From the NCBI RefSeq assembly GCF_964355755.1, contig NC_092672.1, positions 26,604,437 to 26,668,436 of the forward strand: a stretch of DNA of 64,000 bases, written 5' to 3'. Numbering within the stretch: position 1 is the first letter of the stretch; every line of letters starts with the position of its first letter. This DNA is from Antedon mediterranea (Eukaryota; Animalia; Echinodermata). Under the pieces are notes generated by a model. The model worked only from the letters and a program-made list of their open reading frames with translations. It was not told the origin of the DNA and ran no database searches. Position numbers and translations under genes: made by a program. Shown in pieces: positions 39,873-54,067 of this stretch.

Positions 39873-40351
39873 CAGTTTTTTTTTTCAATTTCAATTGCAC
39901 AATTATGACATATCAAAGAATATGTGACAATAACATGACACATTAAAAAACAAATTTGAAATAAAAAACATTTTTCAGGGGGACGATATATCTTTAAAAC
40001 TGTTACGTCAACAAGCGAGCAGCGTTTGTAAGAACTATTTCTTATGATCGAAAATGAAGGTATGCACGATAGAGGGCGTCATTTATATAGTACAAACCTA
40101 GATGGCGGCGCCACCGCCATCTTGGTTTGTACTATATAAATGACGCCCTCTATCGTGCATACCTTCATTTTCGATCATAAGAAATAGTTCTTACAAACGC
40201 TGCTCGCTTGTTGACGTAACAGTTTTAAAGATATATCGTCCCCCTGAAAAATGTTTTTTATTTCAAATTTGTTTTTTAATGTGTCATGTTATTGTCACAT
40301 ATTCTTTGATATGTCATAATTGTGCAATTGAAATTGAAAAAAAAAAAACTG
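39873..40351. repeat. Near-perfect palindrome (~236-bp arms, 5-nt loop)
   Basis: Arms 39873-40108 and 40114-40351 differ by one substitution and a homopolymer length. The loop is CGCCA. Confidence 0.95.
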
Positions 40352-40496
40352 GAAGGATCTAAATCTCCCTACTCCAATCCAGGAGTTCTTCTACGCATGT
40401 GTAGATATCTACTACGTCATCATATATATATCGTATTTTACTTGCGGTCCGGCCATATGTAGTATTTACTCGCACTTATGAAATTATGAAATTACA

Positions 40497-43400
40497 TGAC
40501 ATTTATTATTTGTCATCCTTCAGGGCAGGTATTGTATGATTCCACTGTACATATTCGTATACCTGCCCTGACGTATGACAAATAAGAAATTTATTATTTG
40601 TCAGCCGTCAGGGCAGGTATTGTATGATTCCACTGTACATAGTCGTATACCTGCCCTGACGTATGACAAATAAGAAATTTATTATTTGTCATCCTTCAGG
40701 GCAGGTATGATTCCACTGTACATATTCGTATACCTGCCCTGACGTATGACAAATAAGAAATGTATTATTTGTCAGGGCAGGTATTGTATGATTCCACTGT
40801 ACATAGCCGTATACCTGCCCTGACGTATGACAAATAAGACATTTATTATTTGTCATCCTTCAGGGCAGGTATTGTATGATTCCACTGTACATAGCCGTAT
40901 ACCTGCCCTGACGTATGACAAATAAGAAATTTATTATTTGTCATCCTTCAGGGCAGGTATTGTATGATTCCACTGTACATATTCGTATACCTGCCCTGAC
41001 GTATGACAAATAAGAAATTTATTATTTGTCAGCCGTCAGGGCAGGTATTGTATGATTCCACTGTGCATAGCCGTATACCTGCCCTGAAGGATGACAAATA
41101 ATAAATATCTTATTTGTCATACGTCAGGGCAGGTATACGGCTATGTACAGTGGAATCATACAATACCTGCCCTGAAGGATGACAAATAATCAATATCTTA
41201 TTTGTCATACGTCAGGGCTGGTATACGGCTATGTACAGTGGAATCATACAATGACCAGCCCTGACGGCTGACAAATAATAAATGTCTTATTTGTCATACG
41301 TCAGGGCAGGTATATGGCTATGTACAGTGGAATCATACAATACCTGCCCTGACAAATAAGATATTGATTATTTGTCATCCTTCAGGGCAGGTATTGTATG
41401 ATTCCACTGTACATAGCCGTATACCTGCCCTGACGTATGACAAATAAGATATTTATTATTTGTCATCCTTCAGGGCAGGTATACGGCTATGCACAGTGGA
41501 ATCATACAATACCTGCCCTGAAGGATGACAAATAATAAATGTCTTATTTGTAATACGTCAGGGCAGGTATACGGCTATGTACAGTAGAACCATACAATAC
41601 CTGCCCTGAAGGATGACAAATAATAAAAGTCTTATTTGTCATACGTCAGGGCAGGTATACGGATATGTACAGTGGAATCATACAATACCTGCCCTGAAGG
41701 ATGACAAATAATAAATGTCTTATTTGTCATACGTCAGGGCAGGTATACGGCTATGTACAGTGGAATCATACAATACCTGCCCTGAAGGATGACAAATAAT
41801 AAATGTCTTATTTGTCATACGTCAGGGCAGGTATACGGCTATGTACAGTGGAATCATACAATACCTGCCCTGACGGCTGACAAATAATAAATTTATTATT
41901 TGTCAGGGCAGGTATTGTATGATTCCACTGTACATAGCCATATACCTGCCCTGACGTATGACAAATAAGACATTTATTATTGTTATCCTTCAGGGCAGGT
42001 ATTTTATGATTCCACTGTACATAGTCGTATACCTGCCCTGACGTATGACAAATAAGACATTTATTATTTGTCAGCCGTCAGGGCAGGTTATTGTATGATT
42101 CCACTGTACATAGCCGTATACCAGCCCTGACGTATGACAAATAAGATATTGATTATTTGTCATCCTTCAGGGCAGGTATTGTATGATTCCACTGTACATA
42201 GCCGTATACCTGCCCTGACGTATGACAAATAAGAAATTTATTATTTGTCATCCTTCAGGGCAGGTATTGTATGATTCCACTGTACATATTCGTATACCTG
42301 CCCTGACGTATGACAAATAAGAAATGTATTATTTGTCAGGGCAGGTATTGTATGATTCCACTGTACATAGCCGTATACCTGCCCTGACGTATGACAAATA
42401 AGACATTTATTATTTGTCATCCTTCAGGGCAGGTATTGTATGATTCCACTGTACATAGCCGTATACCTGCCCTGACGTATGACAAATAAGAAATTTATTA
42501 TTTGTCATCCTTCAGGGCAGGTATTGTATGATTCCACTGTACATATTCGTATACCTGCCCTGACGTATGACAAATAAGAAATTTATTATTTGTCAGCCGT
42601 CAGGGCAGGTATTGTATGATTCCACTGTGCATAGCCGTATACCTGCCCTGAAGGATGACAAATAATAAATATCTTATTTGTCATACGTCAGGGCAGGTAT
42701 ACGGCTATGTACAGTGGAATCATACAATACCTGCCCTGAAGGATGACAAATAATCAATATCTTATTTGTCATACGTCAGGGCTGGTATACGGCTATGTAC
42801 AGTGGAATCATACAATAACCAGCCCTGACGGCTGACAAATAATAAATGTCTTATTTGTCATACGTCAGGGCAGGTATATGGCTATGTACAGTGGAATCAT
42901 ACAATACCTGCCCTGACAAATAAGATATTGATTATTTGTCATCCTTCAGGGCAGGTATTGTATGATTCCACTGTACATAGCCGTATACCTGCCCTGACGT
43001 ATGACAAATAAGATATTTATTATTTGTCATCCTTCAGGGCAGGTATACGGCTATGCACAGTGGAATCATACAATACCTGCCCTGAAGGATGACAAATAAT
43101 AAATGTCTTATTTGTAATACGTCAGGGCAGGTATACGGCTATGTACAGTGGAACCATACAATACCTGCCCTGAAGGCTGACAAATAATAAATGTCTTATT
43201 TGTCATACATCAGGGCAGGTATACGGCTATGTACAGTGGAATCATACAATACCTGCCCTGAAGGATGACAAATAATAAAAGTCTTATTTGTCATACGTCA
43301 GGGCAGGTATACGGATATGTACAGTGGAATCATACAATACCTGCCCTGAAGGATGACAAATAATAAATGTCTTATTTGTCATACGTCAGGGCAGGTATAC

Positions 43401-46400
43401 GGCTATGTACAGTGAAATCATACAATACCTGCCCTGAAGGATGACAAATAATAAATGTCTTATTTGTCATACGTCAGGGCAGGTATACGGCTATGTACAG
43501 TGGAATCATACAATACCTGCCCTGACGGCTGACAAATAATAAATTTATTATTTGTCAGGGCAGGTATTGTATGATTCCACTGTACATAGCCATATACCTG
43601 CCCTGACGTATGACAAATAAGACATTTATTATTGTTATCCTTCAGGGCAGGTATTTTATGATTCCACTGTACATAGTCGTATACCTGCCCTGACGTATGA
43701 CAAATAAGACATTTATTATTTGTCAGCCGTCAGGGCAGGTTATTGTATGATTCCACTGTACATAGCCGTATACCAGCCCTGACGTATGACAAATAAGATA
43801 TTGATTATTTGTCATCCTTCAGGGCAGGTATTGTATGATTCCACTGTACATAGCCGTATACCTGCCCTGACGTATGACAAATAAGAAATTTATTATTTGT
43901 CATCCTTCAGGGCAGGTATTGTATGATTCCACTGTACATATTCGTATACCTGCCCTGACGTATGACAAATAAGAAATTTATTATTTGTCAGCCGTCAGGG
44001 CAGGTATTGTATGATTCCACTGTACATAGTCGTATACCTGCCCTGACGTATGACAAATAAAAAATTTATTATTTGTCATCCTTCAGGGCAGGTATGATTC
44101 CACTGTACATATTCGTATACCTGCCCTGACGTATGACAAATAAGAAATTTATTATTTGTCATACGTCAGGGCAGGTATACGACTATGTACAGTGGAATCA
44201 TAAAATATCTGCCCTGAAGGATAACAAATAATAAATGTCTTATTTGTCATACGTCAGGGCAGGTATACGGCTATGTACAGTGGAATCATACAATACCTGC
44301 CCTGACGGCTGACAAATAATAAATGTCTTATTTGTCATACGTCAGGGCAGGTATACGGCTATGTACAGTGGAATCATACAATACCTGCCCTGAAGGATGA
44401 CAAATAATAAATGTCTTATTTGTCATACGTCAGGGCAGGTATACGGCTATGTACAGTGGAATCATACAATACCTGCCCTGACAAATAATAAATTTCTTAT
44501 TTGTCATACGTCAGGGCAGGTATACGAATATGTACAGTGGAATCATACCTGCCCTGAAGGATGACAAATAATAAATTTCTTATTTGTCATACGTCAGGGC
44601 AGGTATACGACTATGTACAGTGGAATCATACAATACCTGCCCTGACGGCTGACAAATAATAAATTTCTTATTTGTCATACGTCAGGGCAGGTATACGAAT
44701 ATGTACAGTGGAATCATACAATACCTGCCCTGAAGGATGACAAATAATAAATTTCTTATTTGTCATACGTCAGGGCAGGTATACGGCTATGTACAGTGGA
44801 ATCATACAATACCTGCCCTGAAGGATGACAAATAATCAATATCTTATTTGTCATACGTCAGGGCTGGTATACGGCTATGTACAGTGGAATCATACAATAA
44901 CCTGCCCTGACGGCTGACAAATAATAAATGTCTTATTTGTCATACGTCAGGGCAGGTATACGACTATGTACAGTGGAATCATAAAATACCTGCCCTGAAG
45001 GATAACAATAATAAATGTCTTATTTGTCATACGTCAGGGCAGGTATATGGCTATGTACAGTGGAATCATACAATACCTGCCCTGACAAATAATAAATTTA
45101 TTATTTGTCAGCCGTCAGGGCAGGTATTGTATGATTCCACTGTACATAGCCGTATACCTGCCCTGACGTATGACAAATAAGACATTTATTATTTGTCATC
45201 CTTCAGGGCAGGTATTGTATGATTCCACTGTACATAGCCGTATACCTGCCCTGACGTATGACAAATAAGAAATTTATTATTTGTCATACGTCAGGGCAGG
45301 TATACGACTATGTACAGTGGAATCATAAAATATCTGCCCTGAAGGATAACAAATAATAAATGTCTTATTTGTCATACGTCAGGGCAGGTATACGGCTATG
45401 TACAGTGGAATCATACAATACCTGCCCTGACGGCTGACAAATAATAAATGTCTTATTTGTAATACGTCAGGGCAGGTATACGGCTATGTACAGTGGAACC
45501 ATACAATACCTGCCATGAAGGATGACAAATAATAAAAGTCTTATTTGTCATACGTCAGGGCAGGTATACGGATATGTACAGTGGAATCATACAATACCTG
45601 CCCTGAAGGATGACAAATAATAAATGTCTTATTTGTCATACGTCAGGGCAGGTATACGGCTATGTACAGTGGAATCATACAATACCTGCCCTGAAGGATG
45701 ACAAATAATAAATGTCTTATTTGTCATACGTCAGGGCAGGTATACGGCTATGTACAGTGGAATCATACAATACCTGCCCTGACGGCTGACAAATAATAAA
45801 TTTATTATTTGTCAGGGCAGGTATTGTATGATTCCACTGTACATAGCCATATACCTGCCCTGACGTATGACAAATAAGACATTTATTATTGTTATCCTTC
45901 AGTGCAGGTATTTTATGATTCCACTGTACATAGTCGTATACCTGCCCTGACGTATGACAAATAAGACATTTATTATTTGTCAGCCGTCAGGGCAGGTTAT
46001 TGTATGATTCCACTGTACATAGCCGTATACCAGCCCTGACGTATGACAAATAAGATATTGATTATTTGTCATCCTTCAGGGCAGGTATTGTATGATTCCA
46101 CTGTACATAGCCGTATACCTGCCATGACGTATGACAAATAAGAAATTTATTATTTGTCATCCTTCAGGGCAGGTATTGTATGATTCCACTGTACATATTC
46201 GTATACCTGCCCTGACGTATGACAAATAAGAAATGTATTATTTGTCAGGGCAGGTATTGTATGATTCCACTGTACATAGCCGTATACCTGCCCTGACGTA
46301 TGACAAATAAGACATTTATTATTTGTCATCCTTCAGGGCAGGTATTGTATGATTCCACTGTACATAGCCGTATACCTGCCCTGACGTATGACAAATAAGA

Positions 46401-48200
46401 AATTTATTATTTGTCATCCTTCAGGGCAGGTATTGTATGATTCCACTGTACATATTCGTATACCTGCCCTGACGTATGACAAATAAGAAATTTATTATTT
46501 GTCAGCCGTCAGGGCAGGTATTGTATGATTCCACTGTGCATAGCCGTATACCTGCCCTGAAGGATGACAAATAATAAATATCTTATTTGTCATACGTCAG
46601 GGCAGGTATACGGCTATGTACAGTGGAATCATACAATACCTGCCCTGAAAGATGACAAATAATCAATATCTTATTTGTCATACGTCAGGGCTGGTATACG
46701 GCTATGTACAGTGGAATCATACAATAACCAGCCCTGACGGCTGACAAATAATAAATGTCTTATTTGTCATACGTCAGGGCAGGTATATGGCTATGTACAG
46801 TGGAATCATACAATACCTGCCCTGACAAATAAGATATTGATTATTTGTCATCCTTCAGGGCAGGTATTGTATGATTCCACTGTACATAGCCGTATACCTG
46901 CCCTGACGTATGACAAATAAGATATTTATTATTTGTCATCCTTCAGGGCAGGTATACGGCTATGCACAGTGGAATCATACAATACCTGCCCTGAAGGATG
47001 ACAAATAATAAATGTCTTATTTGTAATACGTCAGGGCAGGTATACGGCTATGTACAGTGGAACCATACAATACCTGCCCTGAAGGCTGACAAATAATAAA
47101 TGTCTTATTTGTCATACGTCAGGGCAGGTATACGGCTATGTACAGTGGAATCATACAATACCTGCCCTGAAGGATGACAAATAATAAAAGTCTTATTTGT
47201 CATACGTCAGGGCAGGTATACGGCTATGTACAGTGGAATCATACAATACCTGCCCTGAAGGATGACAAATAATAAATGTCTTATTTGTAATACGTCAGGG
47301 CAGGTATACGGCTATGTACAGTGGAACCATACAATACCTGCCCTGAAGGCTGACAAATAATAAATGTCTTATTTGTCATACGTCAGGGCAGGTATACGGC
47401 TATGTACAGTGGAATCATACAATACCTGCCCTGACAAATAATAAATTTCTTATTTGTCATACGTCAGGGCAGGTATACGAATATGTACAGTGGAATCATA
47501 CCTGCCCTGAAGGATGACAAATAATAAATTTCTTATTTGTCATACGTCAGGGCAGGTATACGACTATGTACAGTGGAATCATACAATACCTGCCCTGACG
47601 GCTGACAAATAATAAATTTCTTATTTGTCATACGTCAGGGCAGGTATACGAATATGTACAGTGGAATCATACAATACCTGCCCTGAAGGATGACAAATAA
47701 TAAATTTCTTATTTGTCATACGTCAGGGCAGGTATACGGCTATGTACAGTGGAATCATACAATACCTGCCCTGAAGGATGACAAATAATCAATATCTTAT
47801 TTGTCATACGTCAGGGCTGGTATACGGCTATGTACAGTGGAATCATACAATAACCTGCCCTGACGGCTGATAAATAATAAATGTCTTATTTGTCATACGT
47901 CAGGGCAGGTATACGACTATGTACAGTGGAATCATAAAATACCTGCCCTGAAGGATAACAATAATAAATGTCTTATTTGTCATACGTCAGGGCAGGTATA
48001 TGGCTATGTACAGTGGAATCATACAATACCTGCCCTGACGGCTGACAAATAATAAATGTCTTATTTGTCATACGTCAGGGCAGGTATACGGCTATGTACT
48101 GTACAGTGGAATCATACAATACCTGCCCTGAAGGATGACAAATAATAAATGTCTTATTTGTCATACGTCAGGGCAGGTATACGGCTATGTACAGTGGAAT
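40497..48200. repeat. Satellite of 88-bp hairpin monomers with repeated orientation switches
   Basis: Monomer ATTTATTATTTGTCATCCTTCAGGGCAGGTATTGTATGATTCCACTGTACATAGCCGTATACCTGCCCTGACGTATGACAAATAAGA(A/C), roughly 85-90 copies in forward and reverse blocks. Confidence 0.97.
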
Positions 48201-48487
48201 TATATGCATTGATTTAAATAAAGATAATTGATTGATTTAAGATATATTGATTGATTGATTGATTTTCTCAGAATCGTTAGTTATTTATAATATATTATAG
48301 GATCTTGCTATTAACGCAAATACAATAGCCGGTCGGTATCATAATCCGATCAAAGATCCTTCTGCGTATATAATGTCATAAATCACATTTGTGATTTAGC
48401 ATATTTTCACCATTTTGTTATTTTATTTTTTTATTTTATTCAGTTGTCAACCAACGGCGATGAAACCGCCACTAACAGGTTGACTTA

Positions 48488-49003
48488 CACGTGCGTAGCC
48501 TGTCACTTTTGACGTGCTCATATAACGCTGTTTCGCGTTGAAAAGTGAATAAAATATGATGATATTATTAAAGAAAGGTTATACAACAGTAATCGGACAA
48601 AAAAAGTGCGCATTAACGTTTGACGGGCAGTGCGCGTGCAAAAATCTGCGCACTCATTGTAATTTTTTAAACGCTTAAAATTGCCTGAAACGTACTCTAA
48701 TTTCATGGAAAATAAATTCTGACAATTTTGAACATTTTAAGCGCGCGTACGCATGCGTTATATGCGCTACGCACGTAATTGTATTGCCATATGATGAAAT
48801 ATGACCTGAAATTTATGAGTACCAAATTTTGTTTTAAAATGATTCATGCTTGTGAAGATATGATTACAAACGTGATTTCATTAAATCGCGCGTAGATTGC
48901 GTAATGTTTGATTGCGCACCGTGAAAACATAACCACATCGATTCCTGGCCATAAGGAATATACTCTGAAAAATTGACTTCTAGATGAAACTGATATCAAG
49001 ATA
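48488..49003 (-). mobile_element. Internal fragment of the 29045-29749 HINE family
   Basis: Reverse-complement match, e.g. AAGCGCGCGTACGCATGCGTTA and CCACATCGATTCCTGGCCATAAGG. Confidence 0.7.
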
Positions 49004-49260
49004 ATTCATAGACAAAATAGTGCAAGGAAAGAATAAATAAATAAAGATCCTGACAGAATCAAGAGGTTATAATTATGCATATCATGCATATAACCTAATT
49101 AAGGATTGTTAGAATTGATAGTTTGCTTCTCAATACAAAGAGCAGTTGTTGTGTTATGTATGGTTAACAAACAATGACCTCATTAGTGTAGTATAAAGTT
49201 TTACATAATTTTTCTTATAAGAATAAGACATATAATTTATTTTAATGCCATTTTATATAG

Positions 49261-49390
49261 GCATCTGAAGATGAGCTTAAGTCATCTTATCGACGTCTGT
49301 GTATGTTATACCATCCTGACAAACACATGAACTCAACAGATAAAGAAGCTGCAGAAGTGATATTCAACAAAGTGCAAAAGGCTTATGCAA
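49261..49390 (+). CDS. DNAJC11: DNAJC11 exon (J-domain, HPD)
   Basis: [43 protein letters not shown]; ag/gt ends. Confidence 0.9.
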
Positions 49391-50682
49391 GTACGTATTA
49401 GACTATTCTTTTGCTTGAATATAATTGCACGGCAGATCTCTCATTGTACTGGTTATATACAACAATAACAAGAAATATTTCTTACAAAAAACGCTGCTCG
49501 CTTATTGAAAAATATTTTTTATTTTAAATGTTTTTGAATGTGTCATTTTATTGTCACATAATAGTTATTTTACCTGAAAAAAATGTAATTTAAACCAACA
49601 AATACTTAAATTGTCTGTCAGACAATGGTTTTTGGGTTTCTTTTCTTTTTTTATATGTGAATAAATATTATTTTTTTTGTTACAGAAGTGAATACTCAAT
49701 TTCTGTCACTTTAGTTAATTTTATTGCTAAAGGTCAAATCTGGGGGTCACTTCATCACCCTAGATATTTCAATTGTGAAGTATCCTATTACAAACACAAA
49801 CTTTAATGGACTGTTTGGATAATAATTCAATGAATATCTGACAGTGAATATACCAGAAATGCTTAGGGATTTGTAATTTTAGCATGACATGTCCTAATAG
49901 ACTCTTTCCCAGACGTTTTTTGGGTCTACTGTAGCAGCTGGAATCAATAAATTATAGTGGAGTTTCCATTTTCACAAAACTGTCTGTCCTTAGAACTATA
50001 ACTGCTGCTTGCTTTAGCTTCTGATTGAGTAGTCCTAATGGGACGTAGCGGGCTAGAGCGGCAGCGTGAAAAACCTTTTATTATTCAGTATAGGCTGCCC
50101 AGTTTTATGTTATAGAGGCTGGATTCGTACCTTACTTTTTTCTAGCTCCTTCCTATGCTAATGTCATTTACTATTATTGTTATAATTTTATAATAAAAGA
50201 AGAAATGAATATAAATTTGAATTGAGTTGAATTGAAAATATTTACTGTCTATTACTGTACGTGATAACACATTCAGTCTTACTGAGACTTTCAGAGATAT
50301 TCATAGTTTTTATAACAGCAAAAACATTAATAAATAAAAAATACGAACATTTTAATAGCAATTAAATAGTCTGCTGAAGAACAAGAAAAAGAATGTAATA
50401 CTAGTATATATTATTTGGTTTTTAAAAATAATTTCTTATTAAAGTCTTAAATTTCTACATACAAAGATTGTAAAGGAATATGTTCTAGCATTTATACTCA
50501 ACAGACTCAGTAACAGATTTAACATTGATCTGAGATATATCTGATTGGCCAATGTGATATTTTATAGTCCCTACTGCTACATGATAGATTAAGCTGTGAT
50601 TGTGTTAAAGTTATCTGTCTAAAAGTAATATCAGTAGTATTAATCAATTATTTTGTATTTATTCCAACCAACCATTCTGTAG

Positions 50683-50855
50683 TTCTAAACGACCCACAGA
50701 AAAGAGCAATTTATGACATATATGGAGAGAAAGGTCTTGAGGCAGAATGGGATGTTGTACCACGAACGAGGACACCACAAGAGATAATGGAAGAATTTGA
50801 ACGATTAGAACGTCAAAGAGAGGAGCGACGATTACAACAAAGCACCAATCCTAGG
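50683..50855 (+). CDS. DNAJC11: DNAJC11 exon
   Basis: [57 protein letters not shown]. Confidence 0.9.
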
Positions 50856-51743
50856 GTACTTTCAAAGTTTAGCTTTTACTTGATTTTTAAATTTTAAAGC
50901 TCTGTGTGATGTGCCCAAATATGGTAGTGATATGCCCAAGTATGGTAATGATATGACATCATCATGTCTATATATGGGCATATCACATTTTTTTCTTCAC
51001 ATAAAATATGATAGTGTAGATGGAGTTTAACAGATTCAAGATATAACAGGGCAACTGTTATCAGTTGTTCAGGTTTCAATATACACCCTTGATACTAAAT
51101 TAATCTTCCTATCACGTCAATTTATTTGTTTAATCCATGTTTAAAGCTTGCTTTTCTCTTGTTTTAAATTTTTTTTTTATTTTGGTGTTGTACTCTAAGT
51201 ATAACCTATTAAGTCCTAGTGTCTAGTGGAGTCCTTCTAGTGGTGAATTGGCCAGTACACCGGTACTGCATTCTTTAACATGCACATGAGCACACAGAAC
51301 CAACACCTTGTAGACAATGCGCTATCTACAAGGAAACCTACTTATTTCACTGTCTCTACTCATAACACAGTGACACAGTTTAGCCGACCACGCTATATGC
51401 TGCTCTTTTATTGTTTGGTCCTGCGCTCATTTTATAGGCATGATTACTGTAGGTTGGCATTATTTAACAGTATTTTGATGCAATAATGGCCGATTGACTA
51501 ACTCCTGTAATGTCTTGAAGTCTGAACCCTGTATTGTATTGAAGTCTGAACCCTGTATATGTTAAAGTTTAATTTTAGCAATGCAATGTAATATTCAAGA
51601 TTGGGAGAATCATGTAAAATGTATTGTTGAATTAATTTACTAATGTTCTATCTTTTGTGTGCCAAAATGTTTGCTTGGATCCACCTATACAGTGTCATTC
51701 TTTGTATCATTAAACATTTTGTATTAAATTGTTTTTTGTTCAG

Positions 51744-51779
51744 GGGATAATAAGTGTTGGTATTGATGCCACTGATTTT
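51744..51779 (+). pseudogene. DNAJC11: DNAJC11 exon remnant, donor lost
   Basis: GIISVGIDATDF then runs into TGA before any plausible donor. Confidence 0.7.
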
Positions 51780-51966
51780 CTCTCAATACTCATTGAATGA
51801 AGTATTAATATTGATCCCAACCCAGACTAGTCCACCATGAATCTATACAATATTTTTAATTGTTTAATGCAATCATGTACATGGAATGCGTTTAATTGAA
51901 TCAATTCATTTGTTTTTTATAATCATTTAATAAGTTGATAAATTAAATCTTGAATGTTTATTTCAG

Positions 51967-52141
51967 GTCATTTCCAAGCATTGAGATAAACAGTATGGCA
52001 ATAAACCAATCAATAGACTGCCCACTAACGACCTCTGACACAGCAACACTTACAGGAAGCCTGACCACACGGAATGGCAATGGATCGGGAGAGATATCGA
52101 CATCATTCCGTAGGGTTCTGTCATACCAATCTTGGGGAGAA
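51967..52141 (+). CDS. DNAJC11: DNAJC11 exon
   Basis: [41 protein letters not shown]...SWGE; gtaagt donor. Confidence 0.9.
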
Positions 52142-52689
52142 GTAAGTGAAAAGTTTTATTTGTTCAGTTTATTTTACTATTATAATACAGTATTAAAAAG
52201 GTATTTCATTATTGATATTATAACATACCTGATTGTATTCTTGCGATTTGATTGGTTAATTACGTATCACATGTCATTTGGAATTAGCCCTACCTAATGG
52301 AAAAGTGATATCTAATGGTGATAATTAAATCACTCTAAAGCACGTTGTTGACTGATCGCTTGCCATCTGTAACTGTTCTACTCCGCAACTAAATTTAGAA
52401 CAGTGACTTTTTTAAAGGCCTAGCTTCCCAGCCTAGCAATGCATTCATCAATGATTTACAATCGATAAATTGAATAAAAGTAGGTGTGATATAAACAACA
52501 TGATAAATGGAGAGAATATTTCTTTCAATAAAAATTAACTGCTTTAATTTCAACTTGGCTCTGCCTTGTTTAAAATAGAATCAACTTATGAAATATTCTC
52601 ACCATTCAACTTATAAACATTCGTTGTTTGTATAATAATTTATCTAAAACTTCATGGCATGCCCATAGACATATTAATAAGAACTATTA

Positions 52690-52846
52690 TACAGATATTG
52701 CCTGCTTAGAGGTGAAATATAAGATTTTACATCCCCAAGGGAATGATATTATGTTCGAGGGAATATATATTTCCCAGAGAACATAATATCATCCCGAGGG
52801 GATGTTAAATCTTATATTTTACTGATACAAATGGCGATATCTGTTA
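52690..52846. repeat. Imperfect hairpin/palindromic repeat
   Basis: AAATATAAGATTT.ACATCCC...GATATTATGTTC pairs with GAACATAATATC...GGGATGTTAAATCTTATATTT. Confidence 0.6.
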
Positions 52847-53655
52847 TATTACATAGGCTCATTAGCCAACAACAAATAGAATATCTGCTGGGTCGGGTAG
52901 CTAGGCTAGGCCTCCTTTTTGTATTGTATGTGTAAACAAGCTGCCTACCGTACCTTGCAAAGAATAATATACAGATAATTACTAATTAATGATTCCTTGG
53001 CAATAAAATATTCACTAGCCTAGGTTGTTTAAATAATAACAGAAGAATTTCCATCAATAAGCCTACATTAATAATAATAATATTATCAGGTAGGCCGAAT
53101 AAATAATAATTCATCTTCTTCTAGCCGAATCACCGGATGTTCAGTGCGTCGCACGCGTACCGGTTACTACTGTGAGTATTAACCAATCACAAACGGTCTT
53201 TCATCACATCTAGGGAGGACTAATAACAAATGAGGGCTATGTATGCATAGTTTAAATAGTTTAGTTGATTAATTTCTTCAAGCAAGTTTCGTGGCGCAGC
53301 GCATGAAGCGTTGTCTTCTGATGGAGTGACAATTTCATCGCGAGTTCAAGACCCAGTAGATGACTTTTGTTTATTTATCGGCAAACGCGAAAATTTGCTG
53401 GATTTTATATGTTTAATGACAGGGACACGATAATTACGCGAAAATTACTCAGTCAATATCATCGTACTCGAGGATATAAATTATATGATTTACGATCCTC
53501 ACAGCGGTAGTCATGTCATGCAGTTTTAACCAATCACGTTCACGAATTTACATAGGCTATGTTGTATAGTCAAATGAAACACAGTCACAGATCGACAAGC
53601 ATTCCATTATGGAAAAGTACCACCAAATTTGTTTGTACTGTTTGTTTATCTTCAG

Positions 53656-53723
53656 GTTCAAGTTACAGGTGGAAATGGTCCTCAAGTTGGTCTTAAAGTC
53701 TTCAAAAATTTTAATCGTAGAAG
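53656..53723 (+). CDS. DNAJC11: DNAJC11 exon
   Basis: VQVTGGNGPQVGLKVFKNFNRR; phases fit the neighbouring exons. Confidence 0.75.
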
Positions 53724-54067
53724 GTTGGTTTGGTTAATCATCATCATAGTTTGCTTCATGAATAATATACCTTTTTTTGGCCTACTGTGTATGGAACAAG
53801 GGTGTAGAATCCAAAATTTGACAAGATCTGGATCCAGTTCACTATTTTGGATCCATTGTCACGTTTACTCCCTAGCTGCTCTTGTTATCATCATCATCAT
53901 CATCATCTCTCTTTCATATTTTATTTTCTATATTTTTTATAGCTTTTTCAAACACATAAAAATTAATAAAATAACATTTTGAATAAGCCATTTTGTAATT
54001 TTAATCAAATTAATCACTTCAGTCTCTGTTATGTACTGTATGTATTTTATTTTCTATATTTTTATAG

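Noticed and set aside
40497-48200. CRISPR array or integron-like cassette array
   Set aside because: The segments between palindromic arms are near-identical rather than unique spacers. There are no cas or integrase genes, and the context is eukaryotic.
53288-53358. tRNA or SINE head (TGGCGCAGCG..GAGTTCAAGACC)
   Set aside because: Too degenerate to call; no recognisable body or tail.
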